64,000 nt of DNA from an uncultured Dorea sp. GTDB taxonomy: Bacteria > Bacillota > Clostridia > Lachnospirales > Lachnospiraceae. A program made the position numbers and the translations under genes. The notes below the pieces were generated by a model that saw only the letters and a program-made list of their open reading frames with translations, ran no database searches and was not told where the DNA came from. Below are positions 28,771 to 39,025 of the stretch, one piece after another. Numbering within the stretch: the first letter of the stretch is position 1; every line of letters begins with the position of its first letter. The DNA is taken from NCBI GenBank assembly GCA_910586965.1, contig CAJUMF010000007.1, forward strand, positions 25,577-89,576, read 5' to 3'.

Positions 28771-30003
28771 ATGGCAAGAAAACGGGAATTGGCGGCGATC
28801 AGAGCCGCGAAAGCCAGGAAGAAGCGGAGGCGGAGAAAGAGACTGCGGGCAGTCATCCTCTTTTTAGAGACGATTATACTGATTATGCTGATGGGAACGG
28901 CATATATCATGGCGAAATATGATAAGTTTCAGCGAGTGGATATTGATAATGTAGAGGTAAATGAAGGAATCAGGCTTGAGGGTTATACGACGGTTGCACT
29001 TTTTGGAGGGGATTCCAGAGAGGGGCAGTTGGAGGAAGGGACGCATGCGGATACAATTATTATTGTAGCCATTAATAATGAAAGTAAAGAAATCCGCATG
29101 GCATCCATTTACCGTGACACACTTCTCAGGCAGATGGATGATACATACAGGAAAGCAAATAATGCGTATTTTGTAGGCGGACCTGAGGAAGCGATCAATA
29201 TGCTGAATAAGAATCTTGACCTTGATATTGAAGATTACGCAACGGTAGACTTTAAAGCAATGTCGGATGTGGTTGACCTGATGGGCGGGATTGAGATTAC
29301 TGTGACGGATGCGGAAGCCGAGATGATGAATAAATATATCGGCGAGACTGCGAAGGCGGCACATAAGAAGGCAAAGGAGCTTGATGGTGCAGGAACTTAT
29401 ACCCTTGACGGTCCCCAGGCAGTTACATACTCGAGATTGCGTAAACTGGAAGGCGGGGATTATAAACGTACTGAGCGCCAGCGGGCAGTTATCCAGAAGT
29501 TGTTTGAGAAGATCACAACGACAGATCTGACGACGATCAATGAGATTATTGATACCGTGTTTCCCCAGGTATCCACAAGTTTTAGTTTGAAGAAAATTGT
29601 TGCTCTTACTTCGGCGCTTATGGATTACAGCCTTGGGGAAAATACAGGATTTCCTTTTGAAAAGACAGACGGGATCAGATATCCGAATGCCGGGGATGTG
29701 GTTGTGGCACAGGGGCTTGCGGAAAATGTGAAGGAGCTCCATGAATTCCTGTATCCGAATAAAGTGACAGAGGAAGTGTCGGATACCGTACAGATGATTT
29801 CAGAGGAGATAGAGTATGAGACGGGAGTTGTCAGGCCCGCAGAGCTGGATGCTCAGACAGAAGGGGAAGGCGACGAAGAGGGGAATAATGACAGTGAGTC
29901 CAATGATGGAGAAGAGGATGATGGTACACAAGTCCCGGAAGACAGTGAAGATTATGACAGACCGTATGCGGATACTGCAGATGCAGAGTTCATGGAGGAG
30001 TGA
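28771..30003 (+). CDS. Second LCP family protein with acidic C-terminal tail
   Basis: ALFGGDSR, ADTIII, SIYRDT, SRLR..GDYKRTERQR. Confidence 0.92.
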   Translation: MARKRELAAIRAAKARKKRRRRKRLRAVILFLETIILIMLMGTAYIMAKYDKFQRVDIDNVEVNEGIRLEGYTTVALFGGDSREGQLEEGTHADTIIIVAINNESKEIRMASIYRDTLLRQMDDTYRKANNAYFVGGPEEAINMLNKNLDLDIEDYATVDFKAMSDVVDLMGGIEITVTDAEAEMMNKYIGETAKAAHKKAKELDGAGTYTLDGPQAVTYSRLRKLEGGDYKRTERQRAVIQKLFEKITTTDLTTINEIIDTVFPQVSTSFSLKKIVALTSALMDYSLGENTGFPFEKTDGIRYPNAGDVVVAQGLAENVKELHEFLYPNKVTEEVSDTVQMISEEIEYETGVVRPAELDAQTEGEGDEEGNNDSESNDGEEDDGTQVPEDSEDYDRPYADTADAEFMEE

Positions 30004-30008
30004 GTAAG

Positions 30009-31688
30009 ATGAACAAAAAAGAAAGTAAGAGTATGAAAATGATAAAGAGATTCGGTAGTGTATTGCTGGCAATTTGTCTGTTGATACCGTGTTTTTCCAT
30101 GGTTGCCAGTGCGGCAGATGGAAAGATATCATTTTCGGATCCAGAGACAAAGGTTGGAGATATTGTGGAAGTAAAGTGTGCCGTTCGTTCTACTGGTGCC
30201 GCTCTTGGGGATGTAGAAGTACAGTTAAGCTATGACAGTGAATCGTTGAGCTTTGATTCGGGCGACGGCGCGGAGGCTAATGAGGATGGCGGTGTAATAT
30301 GCACGGGAAACGGCGGTTCTTCGGAGCAGATATTTATGCTGAAGTTTCAGGCATTAAAAGAGGGGAGTACCCAGATTACGATTGCAAGTGCAACAATCGC
30401 ATCCGGCGAGGGAAATGAGCTTACATTGGATGAGGGAAATTCCACGATAAAAATAGGAGAAGGCGATCCGTCAAAGATAAAAAAGAAAGAGGACAGTGAA
30501 AAAACTTCCTCTTCTTCTGCCGATGACATACAGGTGGATGTGAACGGGACAGCATATATTCTGACGGATAAATTCCCGGAGGGAGATATTCCGAATGGCT
30601 ATGAGCGCACCACCGTATCCTTAGACGGCCAGGACCGTCAGATGGTCATGAATGCAAACAGCGGTGTGACTTTAGGATATCTGCTTGACGGCGATAACGG
30701 AAGCTTCTATCTGTTCAATGCTGAGAATGCTACATTTTCTCCATATGAAGAGTTGGTAATCTCTGATAAGACTTCTATCATACTTCTCAGTGATACGTCT
30801 GCGGTCAGTCTGCCCTCAGATTATAAAGAGGCTGAATTAACGTTGGACGAGAAGACGTTCCCGGTATGGCAGAAGTCTGGAGAGGAAGGGTATTATGTGC
30901 TCTATGCCATGAACAGCAACGGGGAGAATGATTACTATCGATATGATGCAGAAGAGAATACTTATCAGAGATTTGAACCGGAGAGCGGGGAGCCGGAGAA
31001 AGAGAAGACTTCCGGGCTGCTTGGAAAGGTAGAGAGGTTTATAGAGAAGAATATACAGAAGATTGTCCTCTTTGGGGGGCTCGGGCTGATTGTGATCATC
31101 ATCCTTATTGTTACGCTGGGAATCAAGTTGTTTAACCGCAATGCGGAGCTGGATGAACTTTATGAGGAGTATGGGCTTAACGATGAAGAACCGCAGCAGG
31201 TGAAGGGGAAAGATAAGAAAAAAGAAAAAGAAAAGAAACCGGGAAAGCTCCTTCGGGGCGGAAAAAAGGACGACTATAATGAAGAAGATGATTTTGATGA
31301 GGATTTTTCCACTGTAGATATGGGCTTTACCGAAGATATGGGATTTACTGAAGACATGGGCTTCACCGCAGATATGGGCTTTACCGAGGATTTGAGCTTT
31401 GAGGAAGAGGATTTCCAGACGGCGGAGATGGATTATGCAGGCAAGGGCTTTGATACAGAAGAACTTGATTTTGACGAAAGTGATTTTGCTACGGCGCAGA
31501 TGGATTATGACAGTGGTGATTTATTGGACGATGTTGATACAGACGAGTTTGTTGTATATGGAGGTCAGAGCCGCACAGAGGAGCTGACAATCGATGATCT
31601 GGATGAGTTATTGAGTGATAGCCCGAAAAAGAAGGAAAGTCCTGATCTGGATGATACTTTCAAGGTTGATTTTATTGATTTGGATTAG
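30009..31688 (+). CDS. Membrane protein with N-terminal cohesin-like domain, single TM and acidic cytoplasmic tail
   Basis: Signal peptide; VGDIVEV..LSYDSESLSF..LKFQALKEG cohesin-like pattern; TM near aa 355-378; GGAGGAG RBS before ATG 30009. Confidence 0.65.
   Translation: MNKKESKSMKMIKRFGSVLLAICLLIPCFSMVASAADGKISFSDPETKVGDIVEVKCAVRSTGAALGDVEVQLSYDSESLSFDSGDGAEANEDGGVICTGNGGSSEQIFMLKFQALKEGSTQITIASATIASGEGNELTLDEGNSTIKIGEGDPSKIKKKEDSEKTSSSSADDIQVDVNGTAYILTDKFPEGDIPNGYERTTVSLDGQDRQMVMNANSGVTLGYLLDGDNGSFYLFNAENATFSPYEELVISDKTSIILLSDTSAVSLPSDYKEAELTLDEKTFPVWQKSGEEGYYVLYAMNSNGENDYYRYDAEENTYQRFEPESGEPEKEKTSGLLGKVERFIEKNIQKIVLFGGLGLIVIIILIVTLGIKLFNRNAELDELYEEYGLNDEEPQQVKGKDKKKEKEKKPGKLLRGGKKDDYNEEDDFDEDFSTVDMGFTEDMGFTEDMGFTADMGFTEDLSFEEEDFQTAEMDYAGKGFDTEELDFDESDFATAQMDYDSGDLLDDVDTDEFVVYGGQSRTEELTIDDLDELLSDSPKKKESPDLDDTFKVDFIDLD
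31317..31388 (+). repeat. 4 x 18-bp tandem repeat encoding DMGFT(E/A)
   Basis: Read directly. Confidence 0.9.
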
Positions 31689-31695
31689 GGTTATG

Positions 31696-31724
31696 AACCC
31701 CTGCAGCAGATGCAGGGGTTTGTT
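31696..31724 (+). terminator. Intrinsic terminator
   Basis: AACCCCTGCA/TGCAGGGGTT stem followed by TGTT. Confidence 0.7.
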
Positions 31725-31766
31725 AATACGCGGATATTGCGTAGGATGTACATAAGGAGGAACGAT

Positions 31767-32360
31767 ATGAGAAAAAGAAATGTGAGTGCCGTTGTGGGAG
31801 GAATCGCAGGGATGGCGTTGTGTCATATACTGGTTTTCCGGACAGTGTTTGAGCGGCCTTCTATCATATGGAGGAAAAAGAAATATGACTGTGCGCTTGT
31901 CTGCGGGTGCCCTGCGAACTTGAACGGCAGTCCTTCGGTGCTTATGAGAACACGTGTAGAAAAGGCTGTTGAGCTGTGGCGCAAAGGAAAAGTCGGAAAG
32001 CTTTTTTTTGCCGGCGGGCATGTGAAAAATCCCCATATTGAGTCCGAGGTTATGAAAGAGTATGCGATATCACTGGGAGTTCCAAAAGAACAGATCATCA
32101 CGGAGACACAGTCGGTGAGTACCTATCACAATATGCTGCATTCGAAGGATATCATGGAAGACCATGGGCTTAAAAGCTGCGTGGTGGTCACTAACGGGTG
32201 GCATCTGCGCAAGGCGAACCATTACGCGAAAAAATTCGGACTGGATTATGTAATGTGTGCGGCCGCCGAGCCTTATAACGCAACTTTCATACGCACACTT
32301 TGGAGATATATCAGCATCAATCTCCATATGTACTTTAATTTTTACAGAGGCTTATACTAA
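31767..32360 (+). CDS. YdcF/ElyC-like DUF218 protein
   Basis: AGG, ESEVM, ETQSVSTYHN, VVTNGWHLRKA; AAGGAGG RBS. Confidence 0.85.
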   Translation: MRKRNVSAVVGGIAGMALCHILVFRTVFERPSIIWRKKKYDCALVCGCPANLNGSPSVLMRTRVEKAVELWRKGKVGKLFFAGGHVKNPHIESEVMKEYAISLGVPKEQIITETQSVSTYHNMLHSKDIMEDHGLKSCVVVTNGWHLRKANHYAKKFGLDYVMCAAAEPYNATFIRTLWRYISINLHMYFNFYRGLY

Positions 32361-32443
32361 GATTACATTTACATTCTCGGTTTTGGATGTTAAAATATGC
32401 AGTATATTTGAGTTGAAACTTTTTAGAGAGGGATTTGTTAAGT

Positions 32444-33397
32444 ATGAAGTGGAAACAATTTCGGTTGAAGACTACGACAGAGGCAGAGGATATGGTAAGC
32501 AGTATGCTGGCGGAGCTTGGGATTGAAGGGGTGCAGATTGAGGATCAGATCCCCTTGACAGCCGAGGAGCAGGAGCAGATGTTTGTAGATATCCTTCCGG
32601 ATACTCTGGAAGATGACGGGACGGCTTATCTGACATTTTACCTGGATATGAAAGAAGATGCAGGGAATGTCCTTGACAGTATACGCAGGGAACTGGAGGA
32701 GATGCGGGAATATCTTGATGTGGGAGAATGTGTCATTGAAGAATCAGAGACAGAAGATGTGGATTGGGTGAATAATTGGAAGAAGTATTTCCATCAGTTT
32801 TATATCGACGATATCCTCATTATTCCTTCCTGGGAGCAAGTGAGGGAGGAAGATGCGGGGAAGCTTGTGATCCATATCGATCCCGGGACTGCTTTTGGAA
32901 CGGGAATGCATGAGACGACACAGTTATGTATCCGGGCATTGAAACGTTATGTGAAGCAGGGGGATACCGTGCTGGATGTAGGCTGCGGCAGCGGTATCCT
33001 TGGAATGCTGGCATTGAAATTCGGGGCAGGATATGCCGTTGGAACAGATCTTGATCCTTGTGCCATTGCAGCGACCCATGAGAATATGGAGGTAAATGGA
33101 ATCATAAAAGATAAGTACGAGGTAATGATCGGCAATATCATCGATGATAAAAATGTGCAGGAACAGGCGGGGGCTGAGAGGTATGATATCGTTCTTGCCA
33201 ATATCCTGGCAGATGTGCTTGTACCGCTGACACTGGTTGTCCTTGCACATATGAAACAAGGGGCGGTCTTTATTACCAGCGGAATTATTGATGATAAAGA
33301 GCAGACAGTTGTAGAGGCAATGAGAGCTTCTGGACTTAAGGTGCTTGAAGTCAATCATCAGGGCGAGTGGGTTTCAGTAGTGGCGAAGAAGAATTGA
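32444..33397 (+). CDS. prmA: Ribosomal protein L11 methyltransferase
   Basis: DWVNNWKKYF, IDPGTAFGTGMHETT, LDVGCGSGIL, ANILA. Confidence 0.95.
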   Translation: MKWKQFRLKTTTEAEDMVSSMLAELGIEGVQIEDQIPLTAEEQEQMFVDILPDTLEDDGTAYLTFYLDMKEDAGNVLDSIRRELEEMREYLDVGECVIEESETEDVDWVNNWKKYFHQFYIDDILIIPSWEQVREEDAGKLVIHIDPGTAFGTGMHETTQLCIRALKRYVKQGDTVLDVGCGSGILGMLALKFGAGYAVGTDLDPCAIAATHENMEVNGIIKDKYEVMIGNIIDDKNVQEQAGAERYDIVLANILADVLVPLTLVVLAHMKQGAVFITSGIIDDKEQTVVEAMRASGLKVLEVNHQGEWVSVVAKKN

Positions 33398-33408
33398 GGA
33401 GTGTACTT

Positions 33409-34146
33409 ATGCAGCATTTTTTTGTGCCGCCTTCTCAGGTGGGGGAGACGGAGATTATCATCCAAGGTTCAGATGTGAATCATATGAAAAATGTTCTTCG
33501 GATGCGTGCGGGGGAGGAGCTGTCTGTCTGTGACGGCAATAACTGCCGGTATCTGTGCCGCGTAAAGGAATACACAGAGGATACAGCAGTGCTGGCAATT
33601 ACAGAAAGACAGGAGAACGATACAGAACTTTCTTCGAAAATCTATTTGTTTCAAGGACTCCCGAAGCAGGACAAGATGGAGTGGATCGTTCAGAAGGCTG
33701 TGGAACTTGGAGCGTACAAAGTGATCCCGGTTGTTACAAAGAGGTGTGTGGTCAGACTGGATGAAAAGAAAGCGCAGAAGAAAACAGAACGATGGCAGGA
33801 GATTTCCAAGAGTGCGGCAAAACAGTCAGGACGGGGGCTGGTGCCGGAAGTGACAAAAGTGTTATCGTGGAGAGAAGCCCTGTCTGCGGCCAAGGCTCTT
33901 GACGTGCTGCTCATTCCCTATGAGCTTGCAGAAGGTATGTCTGAGACAAAAGAGATACTGGCATCTCTGAAGCCCGGACAGTCTATCGGTGTTTTGATCG
34001 GACCGGAGGGCGGATTTGAAAAAGCCGAGGTTATAGAGGCTATGGAGGCAGGAGCAAAGGCTGTTACCCTGGGCAGGAGGATTCTGCGCACGGAGACGGC
34101 AGGAATTGCAACATTATCTGTGTTAATGTTCCAATTAGAGGAATAG
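33409..34146 (+). CDS. rsmE: 16S rRNA m3U1498 methyltransferase
   Basis: HMKNVLRM, QKAVELG, IGPEGG, LGRRILRTETA. Confidence 0.95.
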   Translation: MQHFFVPPSQVGETEIIIQGSDVNHMKNVLRMRAGEELSVCDGNNCRYLCRVKEYTEDTAVLAITERQENDTELSSKIYLFQGLPKQDKMEWIVQKAVELGAYKVIPVVTKRCVVRLDEKKAQKKTERWQEISKSAAKQSGRGLVPEVTKVLSWREALSAAKALDVLLIPYELAEGMSETKEILASLKPGQSIGVLIGPEGGFEKAEVIEAMEAGAKAVTLGRRILRTETAGIATLSVLMFQLEE

Positions 34147-34190
34147 CCACATATTCTATGATTAAGAAAATAAAAATAGGAAGTGGACAT

Positions 34191-35348
34191 ATGAGAGAAA
34201 TTTATCTGGACAATTCTGCAACGACATGCGCATATGAATGTGTTGGGGATCTTGTTCGCAAGGTGATGTGCGAAGATTATGGGAATCCCTCTTCTATGCA
34301 TAGGAAGGGCGTGGAGGGCGAAAGGTATATAAAAGAAGCGAAAGAAATACTGGCAAAGCTCTGGAAGGTGCAGGAAAAAGAGATTGTTTTTACATCCGGC
34401 GGGACAGAAAGTGACAATCTGGCGCTGATTGGTGCTGCGAGAGCTAATCGCAGGGCAGGCAATCACTTGATCACTTCGGCGATTGAACATCCGGCGATCA
34501 TTAATACAATGAGATACTTGGAGGAAGAGGGATTCCGTGTCACCTTTCTCCCAGTAGACCGTTATGGCAGAATCCGGCTGGACGCATTGAAAAATGCACT
34601 GTGCAAAGACACGATCCTTGTATCTGTCATGTATGTGAACAACGAGGTGGGGTCTGTGCAGCCGATCCAGGAGGCTGCCGGGATTGTAAAAGCTTATAAC
34701 AAAAATATCCTGTTCCATGTGGATGCGGTACAGGGATTTGGAAAGTACCGTATTTATCCCAAACGCCTGAAGGTGGATATGTGTTCTGTCAGCGGGCATA
34801 AGATACATGGACCGAAGGGGATCGGTGCCCTTTATATCGACAGCAATGTGAAGATCAAGCCGATCGTATTCGGCGGGGAACAGCAGAAAAATATCCGTTC
34901 CGGCACGGAAAATGTGCCTGGAATTGCTGGGCTGGGGCTTGCCGCAAAGACCATCTATGAAAATCTGGATGAAAAGGTGGCTGCAATGCGGGCATTGAAG
35001 GAACATTTTATTGAGGGTGTGACCCAGATTGAAAATACAAAGATCCACGGGATGTATGATGAGACATCCGCGCCGCATATCATCAGTGTGGGTTTTGCCG
35101 GGATTCGAAGCGAGGTGCTTCTTCACGCGCTGGAAGAAAGAGGGATCTATGTATCATCGGGATCGGCATGTTCCTCCAATCATCCCCAAGTGAGCGGTGT
35201 GCTGAAAGGCATCGGTGCGAGTCAGGAATATTTGGATGCGACGCTCAGATTCAGCATGTCCGAGTTCACGACCCGGGAGGAGATTGATTATACATTGGAA
35301 ACGTTAAAGGAGATTGTACCGGTGCTCAGAAGATATACAAGACATTAG
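34191..35348 (+). CDS. iscS: Cysteine desulfurase (ThiI-associated IscS/NifZ type)
   Basis: YLDNSATT, FTSGGTESDN, SGHKIHGPKG, SSGSACSS. Confidence 0.92.
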   Translation: MREIYLDNSATTCAYECVGDLVRKVMCEDYGNPSSMHRKGVEGERYIKEAKEILAKLWKVQEKEIVFTSGGTESDNLALIGAARANRRAGNHLITSAIEHPAIINTMRYLEEEGFRVTFLPVDRYGRIRLDALKNALCKDTILVSVMYVNNEVGSVQPIQEAAGIVKAYNKNILFHVDAVQGFGKYRIYPKRLKVDMCSVSGHKIHGPKGIGALYIDSNVKIKPIVFGGEQQKNIRSGTENVPGIAGLGLAAKTIYENLDEKVAAMRALKEHFIEGVTQIENTKIHGMYDETSAPHIISVGFAGIRSEVLLHALEERGIYVSSGSACSSNHPQVSGVLKGIGASQEYLDATLRFSMSEFTTREEIDYTLETLKEIVPVLRRYTRH

Positions 35349-35360
35349 AGGAGAGAGAAA

Positions 35361-36542
35361 ATGATTTTTCACACATTTTTATTAAAATACGGAGAGATTG
35401 GGATCAAGGGAAAGAACAGATATCTTTTCGAGGATGCGCTGGTGCGTCAAGTGCGCTTTGCGCTGAGAGAAACGGACGGTGAGTTTACGGTCTATAAAAA
35501 ACAGGCAAGAATCTATGTGGACTGTGACGGAGCGTATGATTACGAAGAGGTGACCGAGAAGCTTAGGAAGGTGTTTGGGCTGGTGGGGATCTGTCCGGTT
35601 GTCAGACTGGAAGACAAAGGCTTTGAAGAGCTGAAAAAAGAAGTTGTATCCTATATGGATGAGATGTACGAAGACAAAAATATTACATTCAAAGTGGAGT
35701 CCAGGCGTTCAAGAAAGACGTATCCGAAAAATTCCATGGAGATCAGCCGGGATCTTGGGGAAGCGATTCTGGAAGCATTCCCGGAGATCCGTGTGGACGT
35801 CCATCGTCCGGATGTGACAGTTCATATTGAAGTGCGGGATGAGGTGTATGTATATTCCCGTATTATCCCGGGAGCCGGGGGGATGCCGGTAGGTACGAAC
35901 GGAAAGGCCATGCTCCTTTTGTCCGGAGGGATAGACAGCCCGGTGGCAGGATATATGATATCCAAACGCGGGGTGGGAATTGAGGCAACTTACTTCCACG
36001 CTCCGCCGTATACCAGTGAGCGTGCGAAGCAAAAGGTTATGGATCTTGCAAAGAAAGTGGCGGAATATGCAGGTCCTGTTAAGCTCCATGTAGTGAATTT
36101 TACAGACATTCAGCTCTATATCTATGACCGGTGTCCACATGATGAGCTGACAATTATTATGCGCCGTTATATGATGAAGATCGCGGAACATTTTGCGAGG
36201 AAGGATGGGTGCCTTGGCCTTATCACGGGAGAGAGTATCGGACAGGTGGCCAGCCAGACGATGCAGAGTCTTGCGGCGACCAATGATGTGTGCACGCTTC
36301 CGGTCTATCGTCCGCTTATTGGATTTGATAAACAGGAGATCGTGAATGTGGCGGAAAAGATAGATACCTACGAGACGTCTATCCAGCCCTTTGAGGATTG
36401 CTGTACAATTTTTGTGGCAAAGCATCCTGTGACGAAGCCGAATATCGACGTGATCCGGCGTTCGGAGGAACGGCTGAACGAGAAGATTGACGAACTTTTC
36501 GAGGAGGCGGTTCGCACCGTGGAGATTATTGAGATAAAATAA
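35361..36542 (+). CDS. thiI: tRNA 4-thiouridine(8) synthase
   Basis: YGEIGIKGKNR, THUMP domain, LLSGGIDSPVA, TGESIGQVASQT, EDCC. Confidence 0.95.
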   Translation: MIFHTFLLKYGEIGIKGKNRYLFEDALVRQVRFALRETDGEFTVYKKQARIYVDCDGAYDYEEVTEKLRKVFGLVGICPVVRLEDKGFEELKKEVVSYMDEMYEDKNITFKVESRRSRKTYPKNSMEISRDLGEAILEAFPEIRVDVHRPDVTVHIEVRDEVYVYSRIIPGAGGMPVGTNGKAMLLLSGGIDSPVAGYMISKRGVGIEATYFHAPPYTSERAKQKVMDLAKKVAEYAGPVKLHVVNFTDIQLYIYDRCPHDELTIIMRRYMMKIAEHFARKDGCLGLITGESIGQVASQTMQSLAATNDVCTLPVYRPLIGFDKQEIVNVAEKIDTYETSIQPFEDCCTIFVAKHPVTKPNIDVIRRSEERLNEKIDELFEEAVRTVEIIEIK

Positions 36543-36549
36543 CTGGAAT

Positions 36550-36586
36550 AAAAAAGTCAGACCCGCCTTAAGGGTCTGACTGATTT
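36550..36586. terminator. Terminator between convergent thiI and HPr-like gene
   Basis: AGTCAGACCC/GGGTCTGACT stem with an A-run on the left. Confidence 0.8.
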
Positions 36587-36611
36587 CGTAAAGACTAGAT
36601 CCGTATGAGGA

Positions 36612-36845
36612 TTATACAATGTATGGTTTTAATATGCCGAGGATACTGTCGATGTCTGATTCATTGGCATGGATGTTCAAGTCAATAGGTTTGGACAGGT
36701 CCAAGCTGAAAATACCCATGATAGATTTGGCATCGATGACATATCTTCCGGATACAAGGTCAAAATCATTGTCAAATTTTGTGATCTCGTTTACGAAAGA
36801 TTTCACTTTATTGATAGAGTTTAAAGAAATTTGTATAGTTTTCAT
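36612..36845 (-). CDS. HPr-family protein lacking the His15 motif
   Basis: 77 aa; IDAKSIMGIFSL (Ser46 motif) present, GLHARP absent; GGAGG RBS. Confidence 0.88.
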   Translation of the reverse strand: MKTIQISLNSINKVKSFVNEITKFDNDFDLVSGRYVIDAKSIMGIFSLDLSKPIDLNIHANESDIDSILGILKPYIV

Positions 36846-36964
36846 AAAATACCTCCTTGTTATGATGGCAGAGTAAATGGTAATTTCTCTCTGCACTTAT
36901 CATCTTATAGGCACATATTGGAAAAGTCAAGAAAATGTTTAAAAATACCAGAAAGGGATTATCT

Positions 36965-38260
36965 ATGAAAAAAGTGGCGTTTCACAACCTGGGGTGTAAA
37001 GTGAATGCTTACGAGATTGAAGCTATGCAGCAGCTTTTAGCGGAAAATGGATACATGGTCGTGCCATTTGACGAGAAAGCCGACATCTATATCATAAATA
37101 CATGTACGGTGACGAATATGGCTGACCGCAAGTCAAGGCAGATGCTTCATCGGGCAAGAAAGAAGAACCCGGATGCGGTTATCGTTGCAGCAGGCTGCTA
37201 TGTGCAGGAGAAAGGCGATCAGGCGGATGAATGCATCGATATTATAGTCGGGAATAACAGAAAGAAGGATATTGCGGCAATTCTCAGCCAGTACGAGAGA
37301 GAAAATAAAGGAGAGGTTTTTGATGCGCGTCTCGATATCGGCCATACCAAAGAGTATGAAGAGCTCAGCCTGGCGCACACTGCCGGGCACACGAGAGCCT
37401 ACATCAAGATACAGGACGGGTGCGATCAGTTCTGTTCTTACTGCATCATTCCTTTTGCAAGAGGGAGGATCCGCAGCAGAAGCAAGGAAAATGTTATGAG
37501 TGAGGTGAGACGGCTGGCGGAAAACGGATATAAGGAAGTGGTGTTGACGGGGATCCATCTAAGCTCGTACGGCATGGATCTTGGGGGAGAAAGCAACAGT
37601 CTTCTCTCTCTGGTCATGCAGATCCATGAGGTTTCCGGCATCGAGAGAATCCGGCTGGGTTCTTTGGAACCGCGGGTGATCACGGAAGAATTTGCAGAGA
37701 AGCTGTCGCTCCTTACAAAAGTCTGCCCTCACTTCCACCTTTCCCTGCAGAGCGGATGCGACGCAACGTTACGGCGTATGAACCGCCGATATACATCGGA
37801 AGAATATTATGAAAAATGCTGCCTGCTCAGAAAATATTTTAAAAATCCTGCACTTACTACGGATATCATTGTGGGATTTCCGGGGGAGACCAAGGAGGAG
37901 TTTGAACAGTCGAAAGCATTTGTGGACAAAGTGAATTTCTACGAGACCCATGTGTTTAAATATTCCAGGCGGGAAGGGACGAAGGCGGCGGACATGGACT
38001 TCCAGATTCCTGAGGAGGTAAAGACAAAAAGGAGCAATGAGCTCCTGGAAATGAATGCCAGAAAGAAGAAGGCTTTTGAAAATACACTTATAGGAACGGT
38101 AAAAGAGGTCCTTATCGAGGAGGAAGAAGTGTGCAATGACGGAATTTATGGGATAGGACATACGAGAGAATATGTTAAAATCAGACAGAAATTGGACCGA
38201 AAACAGTTGAATCAAATGGTAAATGTAGAAATTGAGAGCCATTTGCAAATAATACATTGA
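36965..38260 (+). CDS. mtaB: tRNA t6A37 methylthiotransferase
   Basis: LGCKVNAYE, INTCTVT, GCDQFCSYC radical SAM motif. Confidence 0.93.
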   Translation: MKKVAFHNLGCKVNAYEIEAMQQLLAENGYMVVPFDEKADIYIINTCTVTNMADRKSRQMLHRARKKNPDAVIVAAGCYVQEKGDQADECIDIIVGNNRKKDIAAILSQYERENKGEVFDARLDIGHTKEYEELSLAHTAGHTRAYIKIQDGCDQFCSYCIIPFARGRIRSRSKENVMSEVRRLAENGYKEVVLTGIHLSSYGMDLGGESNSLLSLVMQIHEVSGIERIRLGSLEPRVITEEFAEKLSLLTKVCPHFHLSLQSGCDATLRRMNRRYTSEEYYEKCCLLRKYFKNPALTTDIIVGFPGETKEEFEQSKAFVDKVNFYETHVFKYSRREGTKAADMDFQIPEEVKTKRSNELLEMNARKKKAFENTLIGTVKEVLIEEEEVCNDGIYGIGHTREYVKIRQKLDRKQLNQMVNVEIESHLQIIH

Positions 38261-38317
38261 ATTTTGAATGGCTTTGGGTTAGAATGAAAGAGAAATATTT
38301 TTGAAGGACGTGAGTAT

Positions 38318-38581
38318 ATGAAAGATTTAAGCAGCACACAATTTTTTCAGGTAGAAAGCGGTCCACAAATTCAAGCAAAAGATATCCTTGAGATTGTGTA
38401 CAAAGCTCTGAGCGAAAAAGGTTATAATCCGGTGAATCAGATTGTCGGATATATTATGTCAGGAGACCCGACATATATTACAAGTCATAACAGTGCAAGA
38501 AGCCTGATCATGAAGATGGAGCGGGATGAACTGGTAGAAGAGATGCTTAAGACGTATATTGAGCATAACGGCTGGTTATAA
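38318..38581 (+). CDS. ireB: IreB/ReoM-family regulatory phosphoprotein (UPF0297)
   Basis: [32 protein letters not shown]. Confidence 0.92.
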   Translation: MKDLSSTQFFQVESGPQIQAKDILEIVYKALSEKGYNPVNQIVGYIMSGDPTYITSHNSARSLIMKMERDELVEEMLKTYIEHNGWL

Positions 38582-39021
38582 TGTCTATGAGAATAATGGG
38601 ACTGGATTATGGTTCGAAGACTGTGGGAGTTGCGATCAGTGACCCTCTGCACATTACAGCGCAGGGAATTGAGACAATTACCCGCAAGAGTGAGAACAAG
38701 CTGCGGAAGACTTGTGCGCGGATAGAAAGCCTGATTGAAGAATATGAAGTGGAGCGTATCGTAGTTGGTTTTCCCAAGCTTTTGAATAATGATATCGGGG
38801 AACGGGCAAAAAAGGCGATGGAATTCGGTGAGATGCTAAAGAGACGGACCGGTCTTGAGGTCGTGATGTGGGACGAGCGTCTGACTACGGTAGAAGCAGA
38901 GCGGACTTTAATTGAGAATAATGTAAGGCGAGAGAACCGCAAAAAGTTTATTGATAAGATTGCGGCAGTTTTTATATTGCAAGGATATCTGGATTCGATT
39001 TCTATGGATATAGAGGGTTGA
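38581..39021 (+). CDS. ruvX: YqgF/RuvX pre-16S rRNA nuclease
   Basis: [38 protein letters not shown]. Confidence 0.93.
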   Translation: MSMRIMGLDYGSKTVGVAISDPLHITAQGIETITRKSENKLRKTCARIESLIEEYEVERIVVGFPKLLNNDIGERAKKAMEFGEMLKRRTGLEVVMWDERLTTVEAERTLIENNVRRENRKKFIDKIAAVFILQGYLDSISMDIEG

Positions 39022-39025
39022 AAAG

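Noticed and set aside
33918..35126. Long antisense ORFs opposite iscS, groEL (50560..51474), the second LCP (28864..29742) and topA
   Set aside because: Fully overlap well-supported genes and have no recognisable motifs; typical codon-bias shadows
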